Below, one piece after another: positions 1-13,630 of a stretch of DNA of 64,000 nucleotides. Within the stretch, counting starts at the first letter, position 1, and every line of letters begins with the position of its first letter. Under the pieces are notes generated by a model that did no database searches, was not told the origin of the DNA, and saw only the letters and a list, made by a program, of their open reading frames with translations. Made by a program: the position numbers and the translations under genes. This DNA comes from Hormiphora californensis (lineage: Eukaryota > Animalia > Ctenophora): positions 7,068,001 to 7,132,000 of the forward strand of contig CM035357.1 in the NCBI GenBank assembly GCA_020137815.1. Reading direction: 5' to 3'.

Positions 1-53
1 CTGATGGGGATATAGGCGTATTTTCAGATGTGTGTAACCGAATTGGGAAGGAT

Positions 54-3000
54 ATGAACCCCGAGAAAATTGGAGGAGAAGCGATTCGAGCTCACCCCTC
101 CTTCATCGAATACCTCAGTGGAAATTACTACGATCGAGTGATGAAAGTTCTTGTGAGAGATGGTAATTGTTTTTCTAGAAACAGCTATCCTTAGATTCTT
201 AGAAAGTACCTACCTAAAGCGGCTATTGCAACGTACTCACTACTCAAAGCTACTTTAAACAGTCTAACTCATTCTCTAACATTTCACCACCACTACAGGA
301 TACTTTTGGCTGGCCTACTGTCTCGGACAAGAGAAGGACTGGGAGGAGGATTATGACAACATGGTATGAACAGAGTACACTAGATATCATACAAGTTCAT
401 ATTTGCAGTGTTCGCTCACCATTTATTCAGTTTTGGTCCAAAGAACCATTACTATATCATGCTTGGGTATCAAATATGTGACACTGAATGGTTTCCTACA
501 CATGTACATGTGTTCAGGTGCTGGAGCTTCTAGATGAGGATGAAAGTTGCTTCCTTATCTACCGACTAGATGAACCAAGAGGCAGCCATTTTGAACATGT
601 TCTCATCACCTGGCAACCCGATGAATCAACAGTGAGTCTGAGCTGTTTGTTCATCTGTCTGTTTTTTTTGGGTGTGAAATAGAGTCATATTTTTGGTTCG
701 ATAGTTAGATCACTATAAAATATGGGAAATTTAGATAATCTTCACGTGCCTACAGTTAGTGATTTGAAAATGGTTTAATCCATTTCATATGTCTGTTTGT
801 TGGGTGTGAAATAGTCATATTTTTGGTTCGATAGTTAGATCACTATAAAATATGGGAAATTTAGATAATCTTCACGTGCCTACAGTTAGTGATTTGAAAA
901 TGGTTTAATCCATGAAAGTATGTCACAAAAACGGCATTACACATTGCCTTCCTTTACATTTTCAACCCCGCACGTTATTAAAACATGACCTGAAGTAGCT
1001 GACATATATATTATTAACTCCGACGACGCCAGAGAGAGAGAGAGTGAGATAGAGAGAGAGAGAGTGAGAGAGAGAGAGAGAGAGAGGGGGGGGGGAGATA
1101 GAGAGAGAGAGAGAGAGCTCTGTTATACCGCTTCCTGTTTGGATAAAATTATCCAAGACATTTATACATTTAGCTTAAAACCTCAGAAAATCTTTATTTA
1201 GGGCACTGTGTTTCAGGTGCAAGATAGAGCAGCCTATACAATGTCCAAACCCCACCTTTTGGAACTGTTTGACGACGGTATCTTCACCTACAACCTAACT
1301 GGACAGAACTACGTAAGAGGAAACTTGTAGTAATTACTTGTTGAGTTCAACAAGTAATTACAGCTTCGAAGAGTTCATCATGAGATATGAGCAGGATTGA
1401 TTGAAGCCAAAACTAACTACTACTGCAGCTTCATGTAACTTTTTCTGCGTTTTAACCTGTTTTAAACCCAGAGCGACGTAGATTTCAACGCCCTGAAGTA
1501 CATAATGATGGGAGAGGGAGAGATCGAGCCGCTGAGTCGGTACGAGGAATTGAAGAAGGAAGCTCTTGCCGAGGAGGTTGGTAATCTTTTAAATCACTTG
1601 ATTTTGATATTTACCCAGCCCCTTCCACAACTCATTTTCCTGACTCAACTGTTCACAGGAGATTGAGAGGAATAGGGCACTGAAAAAGATCCCGGATATG
1701 GACATGCATATTGAAGACGATGCCGTGAAAGAAATCAACAAATTCGTGAAGGGATTCATCAACTTTATTCAATTTGTGAGTTTTCTGTGAAATTTCCTCT
1801 CTATCTCTTGGATACCACTTGAAGTCAAGCAGCTCAGTTTGACAGTGTGTGTGTGTTGTTCTTCTGTCAAATTCTGTGGAAGTTCCAACTACCACGGAAT
1901 ATGACTTCTTCGAGGTGCACACTTGTCCTGAAGCAGTTTCCAAATCAAATCATTCCTTCGCCGATATTTCGATATATGTTACCGTCGACGGGGGTTATTT
2001 TTGGTTAACTCTATTAGAATAAGGCATACTACGTGTGGTGTGCGCGTCAAAATTGATAAATTTCACATGCGCGGTCATTTTGGGGTGACAACTTCAAAAA
2101 ATCCGACTTTATGACATCATTATGTTCCGAATCGAATTCCGAATAGAATTCTGCCTACAACCGACAATTGAAAAAATAAAACACCAAAAACGAATTCATT
2201 GTTCATTTTTAGAACTCCAAGAAAGATCTCTAGAAAACCATTTTTGTGCTTTAGAAAGATGCAAAACATTTCGTTTCGATTAGAAAACCATTTCCAATGT
2301 TTCAGGCTATTGACGGGAAGAAGGAGACGATAAGGGTGACTGATAGTAGCAATATCAAGGTGGATGGCCTGGCTGAGAAGATGCCTGAGGGTGCTCCACG
2401 GTTCAACCTATACCGGTACAGCCATGTCAAGGATGGTAACTCAACTCAGTTTATTCCGGGTAAGAAACCACTTCAAGTGGCCCACTTGCCCACTAACATT
2501 TAGGGTTGGAATTGATTCGATGAGATAACATACCACACTTTATACAGACGATCTCGATCGAATTTGGACTTTAATTGTTCACAATTTCAGTGTTTCTCTA
2601 CTTATGTCCCCGAGGAAGGGAACAGCTAAAGCCAAGAGCCTGTACCCCTGTGCGATCGATTGCTTCATCAAACGACTTCAAAGTCTGAATGCTGACATCA
2701 AATTGAGAGTGAGTTAAAATAAATCTACCACACGTAAAATCTGCAAAGTTTGGTTGTTATTCGAGCTAGCTATCCTTTAGTTAGAAATCTACCAAACTTT
2801 AAAATTAAATTGACAGCTGGAGTCGAGTTCGATATCCGTCAGTTTGTTAAATCATGTCAGTTTGTTAAATCGTGATTGACAGATCTGTCAACTAACTCAT
2901 TCCCCTCTCTCCAGATGGAGTTCTCAGACATGACAGACATGACGGAGGGAGTGTTGTACGAGATGATCTACCCGCCAGACAGGGCCACCCTCCTTGCTTC

Positions 3001-3112
3001 ATTCAAGGAGATCAAACCATCAAAGAGAGCAGGAAAGACGGGGAGGATGGGTCAAGGTCCTACCCGTGTGATTGTCTTCATGATCTGTGTTATTGGGATG
3101 AAAACAATTTGA
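54..3112 (+). CDS. TWF: Twinfilin-like protein (two ADF-H domains plus basic tail), 9 exons, divergent; apparent frameshift in exon 8
   Basis: GT-AG exons translate to ...EKDWEEDYDNM/VLELLDEDESCFLIYRLD...VLITWQPDEST/...EPLSRYEEL.../...MPEGAPRFNLYRYSH.../...EGVLYEMIYP...FKEIKPSKR, colinear with twinfilin (SWDKDYD, PCYILFRLD, WSPD, PLTAAEEEL, PKDSARYHFFLYKH, LYEEVHP). Start ATG at 54 is inferred. Confidence 0.85.
670..913. repeat. Tandem duplication, period about 130 bp, in twinfilin intron 3
   Basis: gggtgtgaaatag...ggtttaatccat occurs twice, nearly identical (about 670-783 and 801-913). Confidence 0.9.
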
Positions 3113-3401
3113 CACATGTGTTTCGGTATATCAAGAGAGAGAGAAAGGAGTTGAATGGACTGTGGATGAAAGTTTGTGTACACGAGAGAGAGAATCAGCT
3201 ACCCTTGTAAAATTAAAACCTGATTTTGTAAAATATTTCTTGTCGTCTTTCTGCAAAATTGAATTGTATATCAATCGATCATAATTGTGCCATCTTACAT
3301 GCAATCATGTATGCATTGATGCTTGTATGTATATTTCATCGATTCCAAGCAATTACATGGCAATTACACATCGATTGAGTCCCTCTGTCTCTCTTTTCAT
3401 A

Positions 3402-3448
<47 letters not shown>

Positions 3449-4056
3449 ATCTATCTCTCTCTCTCTCTCTGCCATCTCTCCTCATCTATCTATGAAGTTG
3501 TGCACACAATTGAGGATAGCTGGATCTGTTCTGTAACAAGCGGTGTATGTACCGTTGCCATGGTAACCCTCCTCCGCTTGTTAGTAATAACAGTGTAATC
3601 CCAGTATGTAACCACCAGGAAATGACCTAAAATCCCCTCCCTCTCCCTCTGGCCATTGTTGTCTACCTCTTTTGGTTGTCTACCTGCATGATATACCCCA
3701 ACCAACACCCCTCACCTCAAGTACATGCTGGATGACTTTGTTTGAAGTAGAGCTTTCAGCTTAGGTACCGAGAAACTTTCGGTTTTTCGTGAGGTCACAA
3801 AGTTGTAGCTGAATTTGTGCTTGTTATTAGCTCTTTCTTAAGTAGCAACCGAGATAGCTCTCTCCATCTCTCTCTCACTAAGTCCCCGCGGCCATGCTAC
3901 ATCATTTCCACACATTATGCACAATGGTATGTGTGTGTCTTCTTTCTCGGCAAATTTGATTGGAGCATCGTCTCTCTCTCCTCCAAGTAGGTATTAGACC
4001 ACCATCTGCTTGTCGAAACCATGGGTCGCAGGGAGACTCATCTTAACAGTGAGAGA

Positions 4057-4133
<77 letters not shown>

Positions 4134-5522
4134 CGAGAGAGAGAGGGGGGGGTGATAAGGAGATGAGACTATCCGAGTAGAAAGATCACAACAGGGATCA
4201 TAGAAAATATGATGAGCAGGGGGGTTTCCATGCATGTGATTGTCAGAGTTCATTGTATTACATGTGTAGTGTGTACTGCATGAGTGTATAACACACAGAG
4301 AGCTCGAGGATCAGGATCTCGTCACGCAAAAACTCGCACATTTCTGACGTGATCACTGTGTGACACACCTTGTATTGTTTCGATCCATTCATTGACTGTG
4401 TAAGGTCTTAGAACGATGGAGGGAGGGAGAGAAGAGAGAGAGAAAGAGTCACTATAAGCCGTTAGAGAGAGGGAAAGAGAAAGTCAGAGAGAAGGAAAGC
4501 AGAAAATAGGAACGTATAGTTAATAAGCCAGTTGCAGTAGTTCAGCGAGACATCATGCAGTATATATGTGTGCATTAAATCTCTCCCCTTCTAGTAGAGT
4601 CGATAACTACATCGACCTCTCCCAATTGTTCCAGTTTTTGTCACATCTGTTTGGAGCCTCGACACGACCTCTAAACATGTGTTACTTTTTTACAAACTGT
4701 TTTCATCTTGGTGTAATCAGAGTGAAATGTTGCTGATAACAAACTGACTAAATTTTTTCAACTTGGGTAACAGGGTGCAAAGTTAGCTCTGGTCCCTACT
4801 AAGTCCCCGGGCTCTAGAGATATTTCCAACTTTCACAAGGTATGTGGTGTCTTTCCGGCAAATCGTTGGAGCATCGACTCACTCTCGTCCTCCAAGTAGG
4901 CTATTAGACCCATCTGTCTTTCGAACATGGGTCCCAGAGGACTCATCTTAGAGAGAGAAAAAAGACGGACAAAGGAGAAAGAGAGAGGGTAGTGATAAGG
5001 ACGTGACTATGCCGGTAGAAAGATCACAACAGGATCATAGAAAATATGAAAGGGGTTTCATATATTGTGGTTGCATGTGTATTACTAATATGTCTGCATG
5101 ACGGTATAAAGTGTCGAAGGAGGACTCGTCACGCAAAATCACTTTCGACTGATTGGTGACACACCTTGATTGTTGATCTTTTCACTGGTCAAGGTTTAGA
5201 ACCGAGGAGGGAAGAGAGTAGAGGTTTTGTGATCACAAACAGTTCAACTGCAGAACAAGGAAACATGGAAAAGAACTATGTTTAAGGTCCGTGGTTCGCA
5301 CAGGACATAACGGATAATTGGGGGTCATGAATCTCTCCCCTTCCTTTTTCTCTCCCCTTTTCGTATTTGCTTGTCCTAACTTGCTTCCTTTTTACTTTGC
5401 CTTCCGTTTTGTTACAGCTGCGGTAGGTTTATTTACTCGAGCAGCTCTACCTCACTCTCTTTTTGTGTCCTTAGCACAGCTTTTTTATAACGGCCTGATC
5501 TTTGTCCTTTGATCTCCCAGAG

Positions 5523-5626
<104 letters not shown>

Positions 5627-6229
5627 CTACTTAACATAAACCAGCATTGTGGTAGCATAAAATGAACTAAGAGAGTGGTCACAAACTGCTTAGTTCAAAG
5701 AGTAAATGATCGAGAATTATCTAGAATCATCATATCGGAAATGAGAGTAGAGTAGGATGCCAAGAATTTGAGAGAATGATAGAGAAACTAGGAGAGTATT
5801 AACAAAATGACAGCACCGTATATGAAGAACGAAATGTCCAGTAATTTGACAGATAGCTTCTCAGTACACCATTTCTCTCTCTCACTTTTTCTTAGATAAC
5901 GCCAAAATTTGACATCTCGGATATTTTTCATTTCTTGCCAACCCTAAACGCCTTTCTTGTATTTTCGAGATATATTGTCTGTTGTCCTATTTACCCCCCC
6001 CCCCCCGTTCTGCACAGTACCGCACTACATTGCGGAATAATGAGACCACCCCACACTCACACTATGTTTACACAGGGTGATGTTGACCACTTGAGATCTC
6101 TCCGAAGGCCCGTCCGGCCGGTAGTTCCTCCGAAGGACCGCTTCAACTCCTGCACGACCCACACCCCCTCCACCAACTAGCCCACCACCGCCCATCACCT
6201 GCGAGGTAGAGACACAGACAGAGACCATC

Positions 6230-7465
6230 ATGAAGTTACGGGGCTCAGATCCCGTATCCAAGAGCAAGGTGATACCATTCATCATGGTTTCCATGGCAAC
6301 GCTCTTCCTTGGTGTTGTCCTGTTCACCATAGGGATGATGATAGAGTACCACTACGAGTACACCCTCAAGGTGTTCTACAAGCCCTACTGGACGGGAGGG
6401 GTGGTGATCATTGCTGGTGCCTTCATCCTCCTCTTCTGTTGCCTCAGAACACCAGGTGTTGGGGTTACCGTGGCAACGGTGTGCATTCCTGCCATTGCCG
6501 CCTCTCTCTGGATGCTCATCTTCTCGTCTCTAATGGCAGTTGAACTTGTCCCCGATGCAGATAGGTTCTTCTGTTCTGCGAGTGCAGCGAGTGAGGATAA
6601 ACTCAACTGCAAGTGTATTGAGGACATCGTGTTTAACGTGACCAGCAAGGAAGAAGTGACGAGCTCTACCGTTAGTAACAGCTGTGAATCAGAGCTTGAG
6701 TTCCTGTTTCAGATCATGTTGGCTGTGATTGTTATCTGTATTCTCAACATTATCATCCTCTTTACCTTTGTAACGTGGGTCTACACTGCTGCAACCAGCA
6801 TCACCTACGCAGAGAGAAGGGCATCAATGTATGGGGCAGGTGGTGGGACCCTTCAAAGGGGCACTCTCATCCACGCTGGCACTCTGCCAAATGGAACTCT
6901 AGTCCTTAGCAACACGATGAACACCAGACAACGGACAAACAGCAGGGCACAATCAGTGAACAGTCAGATGAACCGTGGTCCTGGGTGGCCGGGACAGTCA
7001 CCCCTCCAGCGGCAACCCTCTGCAGCTACCTACATGAATACTGGAGGAAGCAGGACGAACACCCTCAAGAACAGCAAAGCACCCACACCCCCTCAACAAC
7101 AACCTGATATACCCCGGGAAAGGTTTGACATTCCAGCTGATATTAACCGACAACCAGCACCAGAAACGCCCATCTTTAACACAGAGCCTGTTACAGAATT
7201 CCAATACGTCCCAACCAGCAACCCTCCACCACAACAACAGAGACCCTCCCAACAACAGAGGCCGTCACCACGGCAACAGAGACCGTCACCACGACAACCC
7301 AGACCAGAGATACCACCCCCACCACCAGATGATGATGCAGGGGACGAGTCGTCAGAGGATAATACAACAGTGACAGAAGTTAGGTCTAGGAGACATCAGA
7401 TGCCAGTCGAGGATAAGATCAAAAACTTTAACAAACATTTTGAGAAAGGATTTGCAAAGCCGTGA
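6230..7465 (+). CDS. CD20/MS4A-superfamily-like four-TM membrane protein with long Pro/Gln-rich cytoplasmic tail
   Basis: 411-aa uninterrupted ORF with four hydrophobic segments, YKPYWTGGVVIIAG resembling the MS4A PFWGG motif, a Cys-containing second extracellular loop and a QQRPS-repeat tail. The N-terminus may extend upstream across a frameshift near 6133. Confidence 0.7.
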   Translation: MKLRGSDPVSKSKVIPFIMVSMATLFLGVVLFTIGMMIEYHYEYTLKVFYKPYWTGGVVIIAGAFILLFCCLRTPGVGVTVATVCIPAIAASLWMLIFSSLMAVELVPDADRFFCSASAASEDKLNCKCIEDIVFNVTSKEEVTSSTVSNSCESELEFLFQIMLAVIVICILNIIILFTFVTWVYTAATSITYAERRASMYGAGGGTLQRGTLIHAGTLPNGTLVLSNTMNTRQRTNSRAQSVNSQMNRGPGWPGQSPLQRQPSAATYMNTGGSRTNTLKNSKAPTPPQQQPDIPRERFDIPADINRQPAPETPIFNTEPVTEFQYVPTSNPPPQQQRPSQQQRPSPRQQRPSPRQPRPEIPPPPPDDDAGDESSEDNTTVTEVRSRRHQMPVEDKIKNFNKHFEKGFAKP

Positions 7466-7871
7466 AGAGGTTATTGATCCGTATTCATTTTGTCATGTGA
7501 GTCTCTTGGAGAGCGAGTTGGGCTCAGGAATAAACGGCAAATAGTGATACTGCAGTTTTCTTTAAAACTTAAGATTCGAATCTGCAGTACCTAAGGTTGA
7601 ATATATCTGGGGACTTCTGCCAAGCTGAATTAGCTAATATTGACGTGGGAAAATTTTAACAAGTTTAGAATTTTAGAATTGGATTGTGTAATGTATATTT
7701 GACACGTTTTGTAGAAATATATCTCATTTCATGAAATGGAAATCAATAGTGTAATTGTACAAAAAGCTTCCTCAAATAAAAAAGTAAAACACTCATAAAG
7801 TTGGTTTTTACAGATCTCAAACTTGTCAGTTGTCACTTGTCTTCATTGTCATCAATGTTTTCAAAACATTT

Positions 7872-8997
7872 CTACAAGATCCTGTGGGCATTGAATGCCT
7901 GGATCAGTGCACTAAAGTAAAGAAGTGTTCGTGTGAACAGAAAGGTATTCTGATCAAAATACTCCACATGCTCAGTTAGAGAGGTGGAACTCAGGGAATC
8001 AAATGCGTCGTAGGTGATCTTGGGTAGGGTGCTGAACGTCACCAACAGGAAGCAGAGTAGACCACACTGCCGATCAAATACATCCCTGTCAGTCAACATG
8101 CGGTATTTGCGGCGGGTTAACACAGTGGAGGTGGCCGTTACCGCGATGGCAATGTTAACGATCAGGAACCCGATAGAGGTCGTCAGGGTAACGAGATGCG
8201 ATGCCAGGATGTAGGTTGGATGCTCGGATAGGAAGAGCACGGTACACAGGTCGACAATATTCACCAATATGTACAGGGTGTTCATTAGGAGGAACTCCCT
8301 TCGTTTGTCTGGAAAGAGGGTACAGGAAAATGCCAGACAGAAGAGAATGAAACCCATTATGAAACCGAGATCACCTGAAACAGTTGATAAGATGATTACT
8401 ATAACTTGTAAAACATAATGTTTTTGGCTTTTATGTTTGCATTGTAAACATGTCTTATATTTCGAACTGCAGCTTAATACTTGGGGACATCACGCAATCC
8501 CCTACACGTAGCTCTGCCAAGCAGCTTACTGACTTACCAAGTTTTAGAGCGTGGAGGGAGGACTCCAGTGGAAATTGGAAGAAGAAGGATGCCGCTATCA
8601 AGGTAGGGCTGACTGCAAAACCTGAAAACGTTTGTTATCATTGACTACTGTAAGAATATGGTATCTCAAAAGATAAGTTGCAGTCCAGGGGCAGGATGAC
8701 TAGGGACTTAAAACAAAGGGGATAGAATGCAAATTCAGAATGATAGTGAGCCCTGTACAAATATAGTTACTTACCAAGTAGATTGCAGAATGCTACAGCC
8801 ATAATGGCCACACTTGGCATGGTAATGGCCCTCTGGACCCGCTTCACTATCAGATAGAAACATGATAGGATGCCCAACACGGTACACGTGGTGAAGAAGG
8901 GAGCGTAGAAGAGGTGTTCAGGGAGTGGTTCATTTGATGAGGAGGAGGATGCCAGACTGGATATGTTAGGAGGCGGGGGATGATCCTGTGATGACAT
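7872..8997 (-). CDS. Orphan seven-transmembrane (GPCR-like) protein, 3 exons (8775-8997, 8538-8621, 7872-8374), 269 aa
   Basis: Phase-compatible GT-AG introns join the exons into 810 nt. Seven hydrophobic segments; AVAFCNLL in TM2 and FSTLP in TM6 loosely echo rhodopsin-class LAxxD and CxxP. Confidence 0.7.
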
Positions 8998-11557
8998 GGG
9001 GAGCTAAAATAAAAAGAGAGAAGATAATACTAGTTACTGAAAGTTAGGATTATCAAAAACGAGGAGAAGAGAGTAAATTAGTATAGGTTAGGATCTTTAT
9101 AATATGTCGAATAGGACGTGTCACAGGCCCAATAGAAGCTATTATATCTAAGTGTTCTGGACCGTAATCGATGATTAAATAATTAGGAGATTTCGCTACT
9201 GCGACGTGGTAGAGACATTATGCAAATCAGGAGAGAGAAATAGGAGCTAGAGAAAAAGAGAACGGTGTCATTGTGGTTTTGGATTGAGGTGGGAGTAAAA
9301 TCTATCAAGACTGGTCGACTGGACGCTGTCACAGAGAGAATAAAAAACGTAGAGTTTGTTAAGAATCGTAGTCGATGAAAAGGATTAGTTATTAGTTTGA
9401 GAAGAAAACTTTCTCTGTTCGTCGATAAGCAAATCAAATAGCCAGCGTCAGGCAATCATCAAATAGGCGTAATTTTATTGCACACAAATATCTAACCATG
9501 TGCAGAGCGTTTTTACTACTAATCTGGTGTCTTCTGCAGCAGGCTCAGCAGCTTTAATTCTGTCACATGATTATAGACAATTGCATACTTGGAGAGAATA
9601 TAATCTCAGCAGCAACAATTGTCTGCTAAGCTGCAGAACTGAGCCCACATCATAATCACTGAATAGGAAACAAGAGAATGGGTGAGCCAGAGAGAGAGAG
9701 ATAGAATGGGTGAGAAAGAGAGAGGGGAGAGAGAAAATAGGGAAATGATCATTATCATCATTATGATCTTCTTCATCTTCTGCTGTAGACACACGTGCAC
9801 AACTCAGCACCAGGAATAGAACGATACTTAGGGAGAGAAGCATGTGACAAACTACCCAACACAGGTGCTTCTCCAATCGACAGTCGAAGCAGCAAACCAT
9901 TGACTTACAGGAGCTGTCTGGTGCCGCGGACCCCATCTGTCGCCACCGGACAGCACAGGAGTTTTCCTCAATTAATTCCCATGACGATTTCTAGGTCAAA
10001 CACTATCTTGCAGACTTATTACTATGTACTATAGACTACTTCATAACGACTGCACTACAACCAGCACGATCGCTCTAAGTAGAACTTGGGTAGCTCTAAA
10101 TCAGGGGCTGTAAATCCCCCGCTACATCTGGTGTGTGTCATAAACAACAGTGTCATGTTGTCAAACTACTGCAGGCTAGTTAGGAGAGCAATCAAGAATG
10201 GGCCTAGAGAGCGTGTTTGAAACATAGTACTAGAGGTGTTTGGTACGGTTTATGTTCCAAGTTCCAACCCTTACGGCTTACAGGGTCTAGAGAGCTAAAG
10301 TTATAAGAAACCCGCTCATGCTCCGCGGAAACTCATCAACTAACATTCTCAAATTAGTCCATGCATTATTTGTTCACTTCCTCTGCAGGCTACCTTACCC
10401 ACTTCCTAAATGCAATATGTGTGTGCGTTTCCCGACAAATTGGGTTACATAAAACTTGCCGGGTAACCTCCCGCACACAAGCAATGTACAAATAGCTGCA
10501 TACCAGAATTGACATTCTCTGAGCTAAATTAGACCATGCATTAAGCGAAAATACTCTTCCCTGGTCTAGTTCCTAATGGAGCACTTAGAAAAAGTTTAAT
10601 TATCTGACAAAACTACGCGATCTTCCTGTCTCAACTAACGTGAGGGACCTTTAGAGATCTTCCCATGCGAACTGAGAGAAAATCTATCAACCAACATCTA
10701 AGCTGATGGTCGAAAATAAATTTATTGAAAAGGCCACCAGGCCAGAGTCCAGACACGAGCGAGACGGGTTCAGTTTAAAACCTAGTCCCGTTAGTAAGGA
10801 GACTAGGTTTTAAACTTAACCCGTCTCGCCATTTCGATAAATTCATTCTCGACCGTCTGCTTAGATGTAGGTTGATAGACGACGTCACAAAACACCAAAA
10901 CATATTGTCGTGGGTTTTATAGCTAGCCGGTGGTATTATGACTCGCCAAAAATCTTTACACAACTAATGATATGCCAGGCAGAGATGGGAGGAAATAGGC
11001 ATGGAGTAGTTTATGTGTAGAGGAGGCAGGATCTGGGAGATATATGCAGAGATATTAGAGATCTATGAGAGAAAGAGAGATGGAGAGAGCTGGAGAGAGA
11101 GAGGTAGAGGTACATAAAAAGGGAAGGAATGAGAGGCGGAGAGAAATGGTAAAATCCGCTCATTATGCCAGGAAGATTTAATTGTTACAATCATAGGCTC
11201 CACAAATCTCTCGCACGTGTATCAAACCCTGAACCACGTGTCTCACGAACAAATCATGGGTACATTTGCAACCCCTATTATAGAAGTCAGAAGGCAGACA
11301 GAAGACGATCTGATGGTGATTCTGAAAGGATGAATCTGTATTTTGCTGACTTAGCAATGTGGACTGTGTATACTGTTTACCCACAGTCCCGGATGAACAA
11401 ACCAAATCGTAAACTAATAGAAAATTTCGAACTTCGAAATGGATTAAAGAATTGAGAAACAATTAGCAACTTATAATGGACGTAGTAGGTTCTACGAATG
11501 GGGTAAATTTACCTTCTCTTCCGATAAATCTAATACAACTGCATATTACAATTATTT

Positions 11558-11596
<39 letters not shown>

Positions 11597-13068
11597 CCTC
11601 TCTCTCTCTCTCTCTCACCCGGATGTTGTCGCTTCAAACAAACAATATTATGAGAGGGAGAGACCAAAATATTTCCCATGGCAGACGTGCCTCCAGCTAA
11701 AGGTAGATGAGGAGTCAACACAGGGAGAATGAATATATCGTACAAATGGTATACAGATCTTTTTGGCACATGCAAGGATACACGCCTTAAGGGAGAGGGA
11801 GATAAAGAGAGAGATAGATGATAGAGGGAGGGAGATAGATGGTAGAGGGAGGGAGATAGAGAGAGAGAGAGAGAGAGACAGGAGTCTGCAGTAAGGACAG
11901 ACAGCAGACTACACATATAACCTGGTTATGTTACCCTGCATGTGTTTTATGTAACAAGGCAGCTAGAACAACAGCCGAAGTATAACAAGCTTTCTGGCAC
12001 AATCATAGAAAAACAAACGAATTGTTTTAGCTTCGATCGTTATTGCAATGATTTGGAAATCAATAAAACATAACATATCAACTCCAGTTGTAATATGTGA
12101 GAGAATAAATGCGATACACTAAACGATAACGGTAAGTGAGAGAAGAACACAGGAACACAGGATACAGCTACTCATCGAGCTACTTCAATAACGATTCACA
12201 GACATAGCAAGCGGATATAATGTGGTCACGCCAGCTAATCAAAAGTGTCATACTGCATTCTGTTCAACTAGATCCTGTCACTGGATTTCATAGTTATCAC
12301 TACCAGTCATTGCACGGGAGACTGGAGAGTGATGAAAATTGGAGAGGAAATTGGCAATGCTGCAGTAATTAAACCAAAGAGATGAAGAACGAATTAAAAG
12401 ACAGCTTTCAAATCACAGACACACATTGAGCTGCAGACAAGGAGCAAACGGAAAGAATTAAAGAAACGTTTTCCACAGCTCTAACTCGCGTACTATCTAT
12501 CTCTTTCCAGCTCCCTATCTCTCTCACCGTGTAATTGTGTGATAGTTTTCTCTACTGCTGATGCCTGATAGGGCGGGCAAGCAGGAAAACACACTGCGTG
12601 GTGGAGAGGTGTAGTAGTAGTAATAACTTAGTTTGCACAGGGAGTGGTACTACAAACAAGCAGCAGGCGATACAGAGAGAGAGAGAGAGAGAGAGAGATA
12701 GGCAGGAAGTAAGAAATACTAAGTGTCTTAAAGAGTTTTTCATTATTTGAAATCATCTGACAAGGGTAGTAGAACATTGCAGCACCTTGAAACACAACCA
12801 TTTGAAAGTTTCCCTCTCAGGTACACGTGGTTGTGGTCTACTTGTTTGCTTCGTTTACATTTCCCTCCACCCACACATACATAAAGGCATACACGTCTAC
12901 CGGTCACCGGAACAGGGCACTAATTGGATGGGAATGAACAGCTGTGTTGTTATAATCGGGGAGGAAGTTAGAGAGAACTGTGATAGCCGGAAACAAATAC
13001 TGCACTTTGCGAATTCCATGTCTTGATACTAAATACTTCTGCTAATTACTTCCAGGGACCAGTTAAGT

Positions 13069-13630
13069 GGGAAAAGAGGTTTAAAATTATACCGATAACA
13101 ATCAAATTATATATAAACACACAATAAATTTATATCTATACTACTTGAATAATAAGGTGTAATTGTCTTCCCACGGTAACCCCGGAGGCTGACAATCAGA
13201 GTTTTGAGGAGACAGAACGATAGTCTCTGTCGGATGTAGCGCACCGCATCAGGGATCGATTGTTTGGTTTTCCCGGAAAGGAGAACTGCCAGTCTGCAGT
13301 AGAACCTTTCTGCTTCACGTCCCATGGTTCCGGTGGTGGAGAATACAATGGGTGTGAAAGAAGCTTTCTCTACTTCCAGGATTCGTTCATTATACATCCT
13401 CTTTTTCTCTTTCTCGTGGGAAGCCAAGGCCGAATTCAATGACTTTTTGATGTTAGAGTCTGCAGTCTGCACGAGAGTTAAAAATTCTGATGTCAAGGAA
13501 AGTTTTGTCCATGTCTACCCATGTCTACCCATCCTTCCTTGCAGACACGTCAAGCCTGGCTTGATCGTCAGTGTTGGCACACTTGTACTTGAATTTTTCT
13601 GATGGGAAGGAGATGGGGTTCAATAGTCAC
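13069..13630 (-). mobile_element. 5'-truncated, decayed non-LTR retrotransposon (CRE/restriction-like endonuclease type C-terminus) with 13-bp target-site duplication
   Basis: Minus-strand translation ARLDVSAR...FLDIRIFN.../HEKEKKRMY...SFTPIVFSTTG.MG...RQRLSFCLL...LRG with frameshifts; ggaccagttaagt directly repeated at 13056-13068 and 13631-13643. Confidence 0.75.

Noticed and set aside
1330-1361. 15-bp stem palindrome in twinfilin intron 4
   Set aside because: Short and AT-rich with no further evidence of function.
9571-9936. Minus-strand ORF with a hydrophobic then acidic stretch
   Set aside because: Runs into a microsatellite, has no family motif and no supportable exon chain.
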